A stretch of 64,000 nt of DNA from Anolis carolinensis (taxonomy: Eukaryota), in contig NC_085844.1 of NCBI RefSeq assembly GCF_035594765.1, forward strand, positions 209,886,107 through 209,950,106, given 5' to 3'. The notes under the pieces are model-generated. The model was not told the origin of the DNA. It saw only the letters and a list, made by a program, of their open reading frames with translations, and searched no databases. The position numbers were made by a program, and so were the translations under genes. The stretch's first letter is position 1. Each line of letters opens with the position of its first letter. Shown here piece by piece: positions 1 to 11,486 of this stretch.

Positions 1-284
1 TTTTACTTTCAGAGGGGTCTTGTGCCCCTAATCCCAGCAAATATGGAAGGCTGACTGCATAAACATAGTTTAGAGGAAAAGTCATTCAGTTGCTTTGAAT
101 GCAAGAGCAATTTCTCTGATGTAAAGCAGCTGTAACTTATTAACTGGGGAAAGAACTTTTATTAACCTCCTAGTTTTCAAAGATGTTCAGTACACATTCA
201 TCTTTTAATTTTAAATATGATTGGCTAACTGTTAAGATAGGGCTGTTAGGGATATTTTAACTGTTGGTGTGCTAAACTAAGTCG

Positions 285-948
285 ACTACTGATTCCAAGT
301 GTAGACTCTCCAAGGAAGCAGACGAAACGATGGTTCACATACTCAGCTGCTGAAAGAAGATGACACAGACAGACTACAAGCAGAGACATAATACCGTTGC
401 TCAGGTGATCCACTGGAACTGCTGCTACAAATACCATCTGCCTGTGACAAAGAACTAGTGGGATCACAAGCCTAAGAAAGTTACAGAAAATGAACAACTA
501 AAACTACTCCGGGATTTCCAAATTCAGACTGACAGGGTTTTGGAACACAATACTCCTGACCTTATGATTGTGAGGGAAAAAAACAAAGTATGGATCGTCA
601 ATGTTGCAGTCCCAGGTGACAGCAGAATTGACAAGAAGTAACTGGAAAAGCTGACACGATAAGAGGATTTAAAGATCAAACTGCAAAAATTCTGGCACAA
701 GCCAGTCAAGGTGGTTGCAGTTGTAATCGGCACATTGGGTGCAATGCCTAAAGACCTTGGCCAGCACTTGAAAACAATAAGCGCTGACAAAATTACTATC
801 TGTCAGCTGCAAAAGGCCACACTACGTGGATCTCCATGGATTAATCACCGATACATCACATATGGGAAGTGTCCAACATGGATCCAATACAAAAGCCAAC
901 ATAGTGATCTTGTCTGCTGTGTACTAATCTTGTTGTGTATCAAATAAT
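285..948 (+). mobile_element. Degraded 3' fragment of an R4/Dong-clade (RLE) non-LTR retrotransposon
   Basis: Translates with stops/frameshifts to a zinc-knuckle remnant (KCRLSKEADETMVHILSC), HNTPD and a restriction-like endonuclease region ([20 protein letters not shown]...ICQLQKATL). Homologous to the copy at 4570-5240. Confidence 0.8.
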
Positions 949-959
949 AGGAGCAACCC

Positions 960-1041
960 AGGGGCCATCCAGTCCAACCTACTTCTGCCTTGCAGGTAAA
1001 GCACAGTCAAAGCACCCCCAACAGATGGCCACACAACCTTT
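960..1041 (-). mobile_element. CR1-like LINE 3' end fragment, cut by assembly gap
   Basis: ggccatccagtccaacc...acagatggcc resembles the reverse complement of the CR1 3' end seen at 48020-48100. Confidence 0.45.
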
Positions 1042-1186
1042 NNNNNNNNNNNNNNNNNNNNNNNNNNNNNNNNNNNNNNNNNNNNNNNNNNNNNNNNNNN
1101 NNNNNNNNNNNNNNNNNNNNNNNNNNNNNNNNNNNNNNNNNNNNNNNNNNNNNNNNNNNNNNNNNNNNNNNNNNNNNNNNNNNNNN
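1042..1186. other. Assembly gap (N run)
   Basis: Run of N bases. Confidence 0.99.
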
Positions 1187-2935
1187 TCAACCTGTTTCTG
1201 CCAAGCAGGAAAAGCACAGTCAAAGTGGCAGTGAGGAGACCTCGCAGGTCACACCAGCAGCAGCAGGGCTCCACAGGCCACGTACCTCCTAGGTTGGGGT
1301 GGGGACAGAGTCCCTGACTGTGCTTCACGATATCCTAAGGACACCACAGAACACAGTTTGAGAACAGCTGAGAATAACTTTCTTTTAGGTATTATGCTTT
1401 TGTCAGTCTGTTTCTATTATCTCTCTCTGTCTGTCAAGGCACACCCACCTGAGGTCAGGCCTCATTTCAAAGTGTGAGAACAGAGATTCACATTGAATCT
1501 GAGAGAATTGTCTTGCAATCCAAGACAGGTATGGTTCAAAAGGCAGCACTGAAGGTCAAAAGGAAAAGAGATGTGTCCTTGGCAAAAATAGGGAAGATGT
1601 CGCGTTCCAAAGGCAACAGTCAAAGGTCAAAGGAGGAAACAAAAGCATAATGAAAAACAATAAGTAAGGCTGTAGATTTCTAAAGGCAGCAGCACTGAGG
1701 CAAAGTCATCAGATGGGTCTTTGTAAACCCAGCTTGATCAGAACATGAAGCCAAGGCAAAACTGTTTAATAAACTCTGGTGGGAGAAGATTGCCCTCTGA
1801 GGATCAACCAACAAGAGTACCTACTAAAACCTACTAAAGCAGCAGGGTTAGTACTAGATCCTAAATAATATTCTTGCAGCCACTACAGAGAAACCAGGCT
1901 AACCTCTAAAGGCAGATGTGCCATTCCACCAGCAGGTTTTCCATTTCAGGAAAGGACTGTATTTCTTGCATCAACCCTGGGACATAATAAGAAATAAAGT
2001 CAATTTATATCTAAACTATGGGAAGATTTCTAATTTCCAATTTAAGCAGATCTGACAACCTAAAATGCTATTTTGTATTTTATTGAGAGAGAGAAATTGT
2101 TTCTAAGCAAAGCAATTATAAATATTGACAAGATAACTTTTAAGAACTATAGCCAAAAAGCATCCAAAATTTCTAATGGCACATTAGATTAAATATTCTT
2201 GTAAACACTGGGTAGATGGTCAAAACAAAGACACCAAGCTTGTGGAGAAGGAGATAGACCCATGAACTCAATATATCAGCATGTATAGGTGCGATTCAGA
2301 AAAACTATTGTGGAAGTCATGAACACAACCAGTGATCCCGTACTCCACTGGTTCCAGTCCCGTACTCCACAGACTGAAGGTCTGCACAGGGTTATTACCA
2401 AAAGAATATCAGAGTGGCATAATAATTATTGTGAAATTAAGACTTCGGAAATCCAAATTCCCTACTGATCCACAGATTTTGAGAGAAAGTTTGAGATACC
2501 CCCCACAGAGCTGCTGTGAGGGTACTGCAGGAGAGACTGTACAAAGCCTTCAGATTATTAGAGGAAAAGTTAAATATAAATGTAATGAACCAGAAAATAT
2601 TTAGAGGGCTCTGAAATATGTACAAAAATTGTAGGGTTTATTTTGAAAGGAAGTCAAAGACCTCTGAATATAATTAGCCAAGACAACCCTATAATAGAAT
2701 TGCCATAAATCAGAAATGTCTGGAAGGCATATAACCAGATGAAATCAAGCTACTTAATTATTGTTATGGATACTACTTTAAAGGGCTTCATCACACTTGA
2801 GCATTTATCCACTTTAAATCTGGTTTCTGCCTCCTGCGGAATTCTGGGTTTTGTAGTTTGGTGAGGCCCAGGACCTGTCTGGCTGAGCTGTTTAAAGGCC
2901 CCTCCCTAAAGTGGATTTAAAGTGGATCCAAACTC

Positions 2936-3290
2936 TAGCCCCGGTTATTAACCTGGCTGCCCCCCGTTGGACTAGTTGAAGATTCCAAACAGTCTTCAAA
3001 GGCAGCCGCACGTAGAGCGCGTTGCAGTAATCTAATCGGGATGTAACAAGAGCATGGACCACCGTGGCCAAGTCTGGCTTCCCAAGGTACGGTCGCAGCT
3101 GGCGCACAAGTTTTAACTGTGTGAAGGCTCCTCTAGCCACCACCGAGACCTGGGGCTCCAGGCTCAACGACGAGTCTAGGATCATCCCCAGCTTGCAAAC
3201 CTGTGCCTGCAGGGGGAGTGTGGCCCTGTCCAGCACAGGCTGTAACCCTATACCCTGTTTGGCCTTCCGACTGTTGGCCCTCATCCAGAT
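2936..3290 (-). mobile_element. L2-clade LINE RT fragment
   Basis: Translation LRPYLGKPDLATVVHALVTSRLDYCNALY is nearly identical to the L2 ORF at 5450-6238. Confidence 0.85.
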
Positions 3291-4394
3291 TGACACAGTG
3301 GCCAGGTTCAGGACCTGGACAGCCTCCTTAGTGACAGGTCCCAGTATTCACACCACTACACCAAAATGGCTGTCAGATTTCATCCTCTTGATAAAACTAG
3401 CCATTGGATTAACTCATACCACATTATTGAGCCTGATGAAAGGATCAAAGTTCTTTCTTAAATTGTTTCAGACTTTAAAGATGTATCAACGAAAATGTAT
3501 ATGCCCAAGATAATAGAATTGCAGTATGCAAATATAATGATAAGAATTTTAGCATTGTGTATTGTTTTGATTTTGTATAATGAAGTTATGCTATTGACCT
3601 TGTTGACTCTTCTTCCTGATAGCTTTAGATGTGAGCCTGTGTTGTCTATTTCAAATTGTCAGGAAGAATTATTTGTGGTTAAATGGTTTCTTATTACATG
3701 ATATCTGCCATGATTTCACTGTCACACAATATCCCACACAATTGCCAGATGTTCCCTGAGTGATTAGTAGAGAATTCTGGTCACCGCAGTAGGAAGCTGG
3801 TTGAAAGTCTCCATTGTTTACATTCCTCTTGGTTCTGCCATATTGTTTTATTTTTCTATTGTGCCTGAACCACCACATTCATTGGAGGTCATAGATACTT
3901 AGACAAGTAAAATAAGCATAGCAGGTTCAGTGGAAAAATAATATGTTAAAAAGCTTTAACACTTTGCAAAGGAAAAGGACTTCCTTACAGAAAATCTGCT
4001 ATATGCTAACCACCTGTACTGTATCTGTACTACTGACATAGCAGTACAATAAGAGTCGGGATTTTAAATCACTCTCAGTATTGAAAGAGGGGAAAAATGA
4101 AATGACCAATGTCCTGTGGCCAATAATGCAAACACAAGTTTTCCAAATGCAAACTCACATAAAGGTGGGTTTGTCCAGGGGACATGTGGCTGCTTAAGAC
4201 AAACTCACATAAATGTGGGTACAGCAAATAAGGATTTTTTTCAGGTGTAGCCAGCCTCCATGACTAAAAAAAAGATTTCATCCTAGGCTTCCTTTGCTAA
4301 AGTGTTGTTCAAAACAAGAATGCTGTTCTCCAAATATGAATTTTTGTCCCCAGGGTGATATACTGAAAGTAATTAGAACCTAGGATACTTATAT

Positions 4395-4514
4395 TAATAA
4401 TAGTAATTATCTTGATGTTTTATTATGGTTGTGTTGTATGTTTTTGTGTTGGTAATTGAATGTTTTGTCTGTATTGGAAACCGCCCTGAGTCCCTTCGGG
4501 TATACAAATTAAGG

Positions 4515-4568
<54 letters not shown>

Positions 4569-4569
4569 G
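4395..4569 (+). mobile_element. L2/SINE-type 3' tail ending in a (TTA)n microsatellite
   Basis: ccgccctgagtcccttcggg terminal motif followed by (TTA)n at about 4515-4569. Confidence 0.65.
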
Positions 4570-5240
4570 ACACAACGACGTTGTATGACACAGCAAACAA
4601 GATAGATATGCTGGATTTCGTTTCACAAAATCACAAGTCGAACACTTCCCAAGTGTCTAGGACTGTGTGATGTATTTTCGGATAATGCGTGCAGATCCCA
4701 GTAAGGTGGCCTTTTGCAGTTGGCAGATCGTAATTTTGTCAATGTCTATTGTTTCCAAGTGCCGGCTGAGATCTTTTGGCACGGCACCCAGTGTGCTCAT
4801 CACCACCGGGACCACCTGCACTGGTTTCTGCCAGAGTCTTTGAAGTTCAATCTTGAGGTCCTGATAGCGGCTGAGTTTTTCCTGTTGTTTTTCTTCAATG
4901 CGACTGTCACCTGGGATGGCAACATCAATGATCCAAATCTTGTTCTTTTCCACAACTGTGATGTCTGGTGTGTTGTGTTCCAGAACTTTGTCAGTCTGGA
5001 TTCGGAAGTCCCACAGTATCTTTGCGTGTTCATTTTCCACAACCTTTGCAGGTTTGTGATCCCACCAGTTCTTAACTGCAGGGAGGTGATATTTGAGGCA
5101 TAGGTTCCAATGAATCATTTGGGCCACATAGTTGTGCCTCTGTTTGTAGTCTGTCTGTGCAATTTTCTTACAGCAGCTGAGGATATGATCAATGGTTTCA
5201 TCGGTTTCCTTGCACAGTCTGCACTTTGGGTCATCAGCTG
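4570..5240 (-). mobile_element. R4/Dong-clade non-LTR retrotransposon, 5'-truncated, intact C-terminal ORF and 3' UTR
   Basis: ORF 4657-5127 ([41 protein letters not shown]) is a PD-(D/E)xK restriction-like endonuclease. Upstream CRLC...H...C zinc knuckle. The 3' end abuts (TAA)n. Confidence 0.88.
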
Positions 5241-5382
5241 ATTTTTCTGCCAGAGTCTTTGAAGTTCAATCTTGAGGTTCTGATAGCGGCTGAGTTTTTC
5301 CTGTTGTTTTTCGTCAATGCAACTGTCACTTGGGATGGCAACATCAATGATCCAAACCTTTTTCTTTTCCACAACTGTGATG
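5241..5382 (-). mobile_element. Second R4/Dong segment (duplicate of about 4825-4962), interrupted by an L2
   Basis: Near-identical to 4825-4962. The sequence resumes at 6615-6663 after the L2. Confidence 0.85.
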
Positions 5383-6562
5383 CCATCTCTACGCAGATGA
5401 CACGCAAATCCACTACTCGTTCCCATCTGACTCCAAGGAAGCCCCTCGGATGCTGAACCAGTGCCTGGCCGCTGTGGCTGACTGGATGAGGAGGAACAAG
5501 CTGAGGATCAATCCTGACAAGACAGAGGCCCTCCTGGTCAGTCGCTTGTCTGATCGGGGTATTGGGTGGCAGCCTGTGCTGGACGGGGTTGCACTCCCCC
5601 TGAAATCACAGGTCCGCAGTTTGGGGGTCCTCCTGGATTCAGCGTTGACACTTGAGGCGCAGGTGTCGGCGGTGGCCGGGAGGGCTTTCGCACAACTAAA
5701 ACTCGTGCGCCAACTGCGACCATACCTCGTGAAGTCTGACTTGACCACGGTGGTTCATGCCTTAGTTACCTCTAGACTGGACTACTGTAATGCGCTCTAC
5801 ATGGGGCTTCCCTTGAAGACGGCCCAGAAGTTACAATTGGTCCAGCGGTCGGTGGCCAGACTAATAACTGGGGCGAGTTACAGGGAGAGATCCATTCCCT
5901 TGTTCAAGGAGCTCCACTGGCTGCCGTTTATTTTCCGGTCCCAATTCAAGGTGCAGACCATCACCTATAAAGCCCTAAACGGTTTGGGACCCACCTACCT
6001 TCGTGACCGTATCTCCTATCATAAACCTGCCCGATCCCTTCGATCGTCAGGGGAGGCTCTCCTGTCACCACTGCCAATATCTCAGGCCCGCCTTGTGGGA
6101 ACAAGGGAGAGGGCCTTCTCTGCTGTGGCCCCCCGATTGTGGAACTCATTGCCCGGTGAGATTAGGCAAGCCCCCACACTAGCAGCCTTTAAGAAAGACC
6201 TGAAGACATGGCTCTTCCGTTGTGCCTTTGGAGAGTAATCACTACATACATCCCTTTTGCTGCTCTCCTTCAATATTTGTCCTCCAGATCGCACCACCAC
6301 TTTATGACTCTGTCCTCTGTGGTTTTTACTCCTACTTCCTTTCTCACCTCGAGTTTTAATCTAGTGTTCATGTGGCCCGCCCATGGTTTTATTGTTCTTT
6401 TGATCTTGTTTAATGTAGTGTATATTTTCTTTTATTGTGTTGTTTAATGTGCTATGATTTGTTGTTCTATTATATTTTGTTATATTGTATTGTTCTGGGC
6501 ATGGCCCCATGTAAGCTGCCCCGAGTCCCCGTTGGGGAGATGGTGGCGGGGTATAAATAAAG
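5383..6562 (+). mobile_element. L2-clade LINE, 5'-truncated, open RT C-terminal frame and 3' UTR
   Basis: Begins at LYADDTQ (RT catalytic motif). The frame stays open to 6238 ([30 protein letters not shown]). The 3' UTR ends ccgagtccccgttggggag...aataaa then (TTA)n. Confidence 0.92.
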
Positions 6563-6616
<54 letters not shown>

Positions 6617-6666
6617 GCGTTCCAGAACTTTGTCAGTCTGGATTCGGAAGTCCCACAGTATCTATC

Positions 6667-6728
<62 letters not shown>

Positions 6729-6730
6729 AT
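6563..6730. repeat. (TTA)n microsatellites flanking a 49-bp R4/Dong remnant (6615-6663)
   Basis: Two perfect TTA arrays separated by gttccagaactttgtcagtctggattcggaagtcccacagtatct, which matches 4977-5021. Confidence 0.9.
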
Positions 6731-7320
6731 ATGTGATAATTTTGTCAGAATTCTATAATTTCTAAATGCTTACCCGAGGTTTTATGTTACAGCAAAACTA
6801 GAAATCCAAGGAGTGAAAGAAAATATCATTTGGGAGGGCTATGCCCTTTTCTCCCCCAAACACATCCTCATGCACCAGAAGAGGAAATCTTGATTGCTTC
6901 TTCCTCTTTATCTGGTAGTGACAATGCAATTAAAAATAGATTTAAGAATCTGCTGCCTGACACAGATTTCTTCCAATGCACAAGTCCTGAATAAAGGATT
7001 TGTTCACTATATCATCCCCCTGAATCTGACTGAAACATTTTGGGATCATTTTATTTTGTACACTCGTAGCAGTTTGTACCATTTTCTGTTTGCTTATCCG
7101 TTGACCTTATCTAATTCCATTAACGTATGAGTATCCTATTGCATTTTGCTTGAAAATCTATTATCAACTACACCCGATAACTCTTCAAATATTCTCAGCA
7201 TAAACAATATAATAGCTTTGCTGGGTGAGACTATCCAATTTATCATTGTTTGTACAATGGCCAAGCAGTTGCCTGGATAAACCCAACCATAGGGTCTGAG
7301 GGTGCCACTGTATTCATGTA

Positions 7321-7809
7321 TAGGCAGTTCCCAAGTTACAAACAAGATAGGTTCTGTAGGGTTGTTCGTAAGTTGCATTTGTTTGTAAGTTGGAACAGGT
7401 ACATTTTAAGTGCAACTCCAGCCAAAATTATGTATTTTTTAGGTTTGGATAGCATAAAGGTTAACCCCCCTGTAGTGGGTTTTTTGTGCAGTCTGTGGCC
7501 CTGTTCTGAAGATTTCACCTCACTTTCTGTCCTCCTCAGTATTTAACTAAGTGGGAATATTAAATTAATTAGCAGTAATGCGATCTAAAAATATTTAATT
7601 TAAAGGATTGGATTTTGAAAAAATTGGCTTGCTTTGGAAGCAAGGATTGGTGATAAATCTTCAGTTGAGACACCATTCCCCTGTGATAACTCTTTCAGGA
7701 GTGAATTTCCCTTTCTAGGGAAAGATTCCCCTCATTTCCTGTTGTCTCACCCCTGTTCTTAACTATGAGTAATTTGTAAGTCAGATGTTTGTAACTTCGA
7801 GAGTGTCTG
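7321..7809. mobile_element. Tc1/mariner (Tigger/pogo-like) MITE, old
   Basis: TA-flanked imperfect TIRs (taggcagttcccaagttacaaac / gtttgtaacttcgagagtgtctg). Related copies at 35269-35518 and about 50819-51412. Confidence 0.65.
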
Positions 7810-10287
7810 TATATTGTTATTTTGAAATTGATTGCATCAGGGATTCTTAGTTTTTTAAAATTTCATTATCTAGAGAAACAATCGAGTAGCTATAGCTATT
7901 CCTCCTGTTAGTGATTTTTGAAAATATATGCTAAGTGGCTCAAAATGTTCTAATATTTCAATAAGTTGAACCTGAAGAAGCTGCCACATAGGAGATTTAG
8001 CCCATGATTTGTTTTGCCCATTATATGACACTCTCAAATATTTCTATTTCTTTATTGGACCCATTGTGCTTGGTAATTAATGATTTGGCTCCTGTATAGT
8101 TTACCAGTATTTCCTTCTCAGTTGCATTATTTGCGACAACAGCTAAGAAAATTCAAGAAATGGGAAGTCAATTGCAAATATCAACATTTAATTTGAAAAT
8201 AAGTTTTAAAAAGTTTACTGTGAGTTAATACTTTTGTACAATGAAAACTGGGAAATTCAGCCAATTTTTAACGAGTATTTGTTAAAAATGTATTTATTAA
8301 CAAAATATTTATTAACAATGTATACATGCAGAATCAAAACAAAAGTCATGAAATGCTGGTGACAATGCGTCCATTGACAGGTCCTGACTGGGTTTAGGGA
8401 CAAATTGTTTCTCTTAGAAGTTCCGTCAAGCTTGTTTTGCAACAGAGTTGTAGAACCTAAAATTGGATTTATGTATGACTAGGTTTCTCACTGCAGAACA
8501 TCCATACCAGTCTCCCCCCCCCCCTTCCGCCCCAATATATGTCATAAAAATGGAATAAAAAGCTTGTTTCTATTTACTGAGATATTCTAGACTGTTTCTC
8601 AGTTATCAAATGTTACTAGTGTGCTTTTGGAAAGTAATGGCTAGATGTTTTTCCAAATCTTGCAAGGGTGGCATGTGCAAAGACATCTGTAACACTTTCT
8701 CCTATGTACACAAGTGTGGTTGGAGGCTTGGACAGCGGAAGCATTAACCTTAAGAGGGCTAAATCCAGATCTCCTCTTGACGTAGGCAGCGCAGATGGAG
8801 AATTAAAATTCCTCAAGCCCTTAAGCAAGCTCTGGAAAAGGAACTGTGAAAAGATGGCTTGTCACTGATTAGGTGATAAGCTGCTAATAGAGGTAAGTGG
8901 ATTTTAATGGATGAAATAGATAGGTCACCACCTTGTAGGTGTAACATCAGTAACTTCTAGAACAAGGGCAAACAAGCAATCCAAAGTGAACATTTCAAAT
9001 CATCTCCTTTTATTCCACTACATTTTTGGTCCTCAGGATAGTTTTTTTCTCCCATTACCCATGTATTTATTCTACTTCTTAGCCTCCTACCTTGTGCAAC
9101 AACCTATGTTTGCAATATTTCCTTCCTGTTTGTCATGGTCTTCCTTTTAACATATCCATTCCTTGCCAAGGTCTTAAGGAATGAAACCTTCCACAAAGCT
9201 GACCTATTAGATGCTTTCAGACTTCTTTCTTTTATACCCCCCCCCCACCCCAGAAAAAGAAATACTCCCACATGAATATTGAAGATAAATGATGCGGATT
9301 CAAAACTGTGATACAATATAGAAAATATCAAATTAACACAATTAGAGAAGTTGAGCTTTGATTAAAATATTCTTCACTGGCTGTCATATCTTTTGATAAG
9401 AAGTGTGTACAGGTTTGTTTATAGTAGTTCATATAAAAACCAGAACACTTGTAGTGACAGTAGAATAACAAAATTACTGCATTTCCTGTCCATGATTCCC
9501 AACTAACTAGCAATGTAAAGAAGAAGAAAAAAAAATTACTGTGATATACACATCTTGGCAACTTCTTCCATTGGTAGATCACCAGCTGAGGAGTTAGATG
9601 CATGAGCTCTTGACCCACCAAAAATCTATTTTATCACATTACACAATATGTTGAATAAGTAGTAGTAGTTGACCGTTTCACAAGGCCAGATATGTCATGG
9701 TTACTGTTCCAATGTAACTTGAGAATTCCCCAAAGCATGATATGTAGAGTACTATAGCATGCCATCAGAAATGTTCACAATTGCAATATTTGAAGATCAA
9801 GCACACAAAATTTTACACACTACCAGTCTCCACACTCTGCTGCAAGTATCACTGCCCTGTTATCAGTGTATGCAGCAGTTATCATGTCAAGATGGTATGA
9901 AAGCAAACTCCCAAACTATCCCACATTCTAGGAACCAAACAGATATTCCTCATATTTTAGGTAAAGACGCATGAAGTAGACCATCACATTATGCCATTTT
10001 AACTCTGTGTTGATATATTAACTGCTTTGTATATGATCTGGAACAAACCTTTTTGCTCTTTCCATGCGTAAGTGTATAAAATAGACACGTGTGTTTGATT
10101 TAAGTTTCCAGACCAAAAAGCCAACATAAAACACAAATGTATTCATCTTTTGAATATCACTTTGTCATTGTCCTGTGTCAGGTTGCATTCTGTTAGCTAA
10201 AATGGCAGTATAATCTTCATCGCTAACTACTTTAAGTTTATAACAATAATTCTTTTCCATTGTAACATAGTATATTTACTCATAAAT

Positions 10288-11461
10288 TGTTATGGTTGAG
10301 CCTTCTGGCTCCGATACTAGGAGACGTGGTCGTAAGACTCCTCGAGAGTCAGACTCTTTTGAGGAGCGTGAAAGGAAACGGCTCCGGGACTTATTTGCAG
10401 AACCAACAGATGAAGACTCATTTGAGGGTTTTACCGAGGGAATGGAGGAAGAGATGGTTAGCTCAGAGGAGGATGACATGGAGTGGACCCGTGTGAGGGA
10501 GGATTTGGGTGTCACCGGCAATGATAGCATGGGAGGCAATTGGCGGGTTGCAGGATCAGACCCATGGACGGGCTGGAGGGATGGAGCGGGATCCACAGCT
10601 GGGGATGCTGTGGGGCGTAGTCAAAGGTGTTTTAGCTCTGATGAGGATGATGATGATGAGGCACCTGGAATTAGGATAGCAGCTGACAGCGATGAGGAGT
10701 TATGAACTGGGATAAAATGGGGTTTAGGATCAATGGCTAATTGCGTTGGGCAAGGTAATCTGGACGAACGCTTGGGCTCTTGTTGGGGAACTTCCTGAAG
10801 ACGGGTGTGATTCGTTGCTGGATACGTAAGTTACCAAGGACACTGGGCATAGACGGCGGGAGGAACTGTGTGGGGTTTTTCTGTGCAACTTGTGTTTAAT
10901 CTTGATAGCTTGGACCTCCGTCGTCTTTTTGACGGACATTAATTACCTACTCTGGATTGACGCTGGACTGACTGACTGACTACGACCCTGGACTATCCCT
11001 TCTGTGGCTATCGGTGGAACTTGTGGACGTCTGCACTTGGCTTTCGACCTTGGACCGGATTGGGACCCATGCTGACCGTCGTTACCCTGATTGATGTGCC
11101 TGGACCCGGATTTCGCTCGTTGCACGGAGGAGTAAACAGCCTGAGTTACTCAACTGTAGCTTTTGAGTAGCAGAGAGGAATCTGCTGCCAGTTTTTTGTG
11201 TTAATTTTGACCTCTGTTTTCCAACTTTTGTTTGTTTAAATTGTCAGGCTGAAGTAAGCACTTTTGCTTTAATCCGGATTAAACTCCTGTTTAATCCGGT
11301 TTATCCTTTCGAACCGTTTTAATTCAAACGGAGCTGTTTCTGTTACTTTTCACACTGAAGACAAGTGTTTGCCTAGTCCTTTGCTTCCTACGGGCATTTC
11401 TTAGTTCTGTAACTTTAATAAACTGTGTTGTACTCTATTTGGTGGCATTCTGTCTATGACA
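10288..11461 (+). mobile_element. Solo LTR of an LTR retrotransposon (Gypsy/BEL-like), 1174 bp
   Basis: TG...CA ends (TGTTAT...ATGACA). Perfect 5-bp TSD TAAAT (10283-10287 / 11462-11466). TATA-like GATAAAA at about 10711 and AATAAA at 11417-11422. GC/CpG-richer than the flanks. Confidence 0.88.
10292..10705 (+). CDS. LTR-embedded ORF, 137-aa basic/acidic disordered protein with TIM/IBM-like motif (DLFAEPTDEDSFEGF)
   Basis: Uninterrupted ATG-to-TGA ORF starting at base 5 of the LTR and ending just before the TATA-like box. Basic N-terminus (RRRGRK), acidic tracts and an FxGF motif. Expression is not demonstrated. Confidence 0.5.
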   Translation: MVEPSGSDTRRRGRKTPRESDSFEERERKRLRDLFAEPTDEDSFEGFTEGMEEEMVSSEEDDMEWTRVREDLGVTGNDSMGGNWRVAGSDPWTGWRDGAGSTAGDAVGRSQRCFSSDEDDDDEAPGIRIAADSDEEL

Positions 11462-11480
11462 TAAATATCATTGAAAAGTG

Positions 11481-11486
11481 TTTATT
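11481..11486 (-). terminator. Putative BCAS2 polyadenylation signal AATAAA
   Basis: TTTATT on the + strand about 245 nt downstream of the BCAS2 stop codon. Confidence 0.65.

Noticed and set aside
4394-6723. Poly-Ile / poly-Tyr ORFs (also at 25122-25434 and 29708-30022)
   Set aside because: They are translations of (TTA)n microsatellites.
8616-8868. Short overlapping ORFs in unique-looking sequence, possible exon of a neighbouring gene such as TRIM33
   Set aside because: There is no recognisable protein similarity or convincing splice-site pair. I found no TRIM33 exons in 1-10280.
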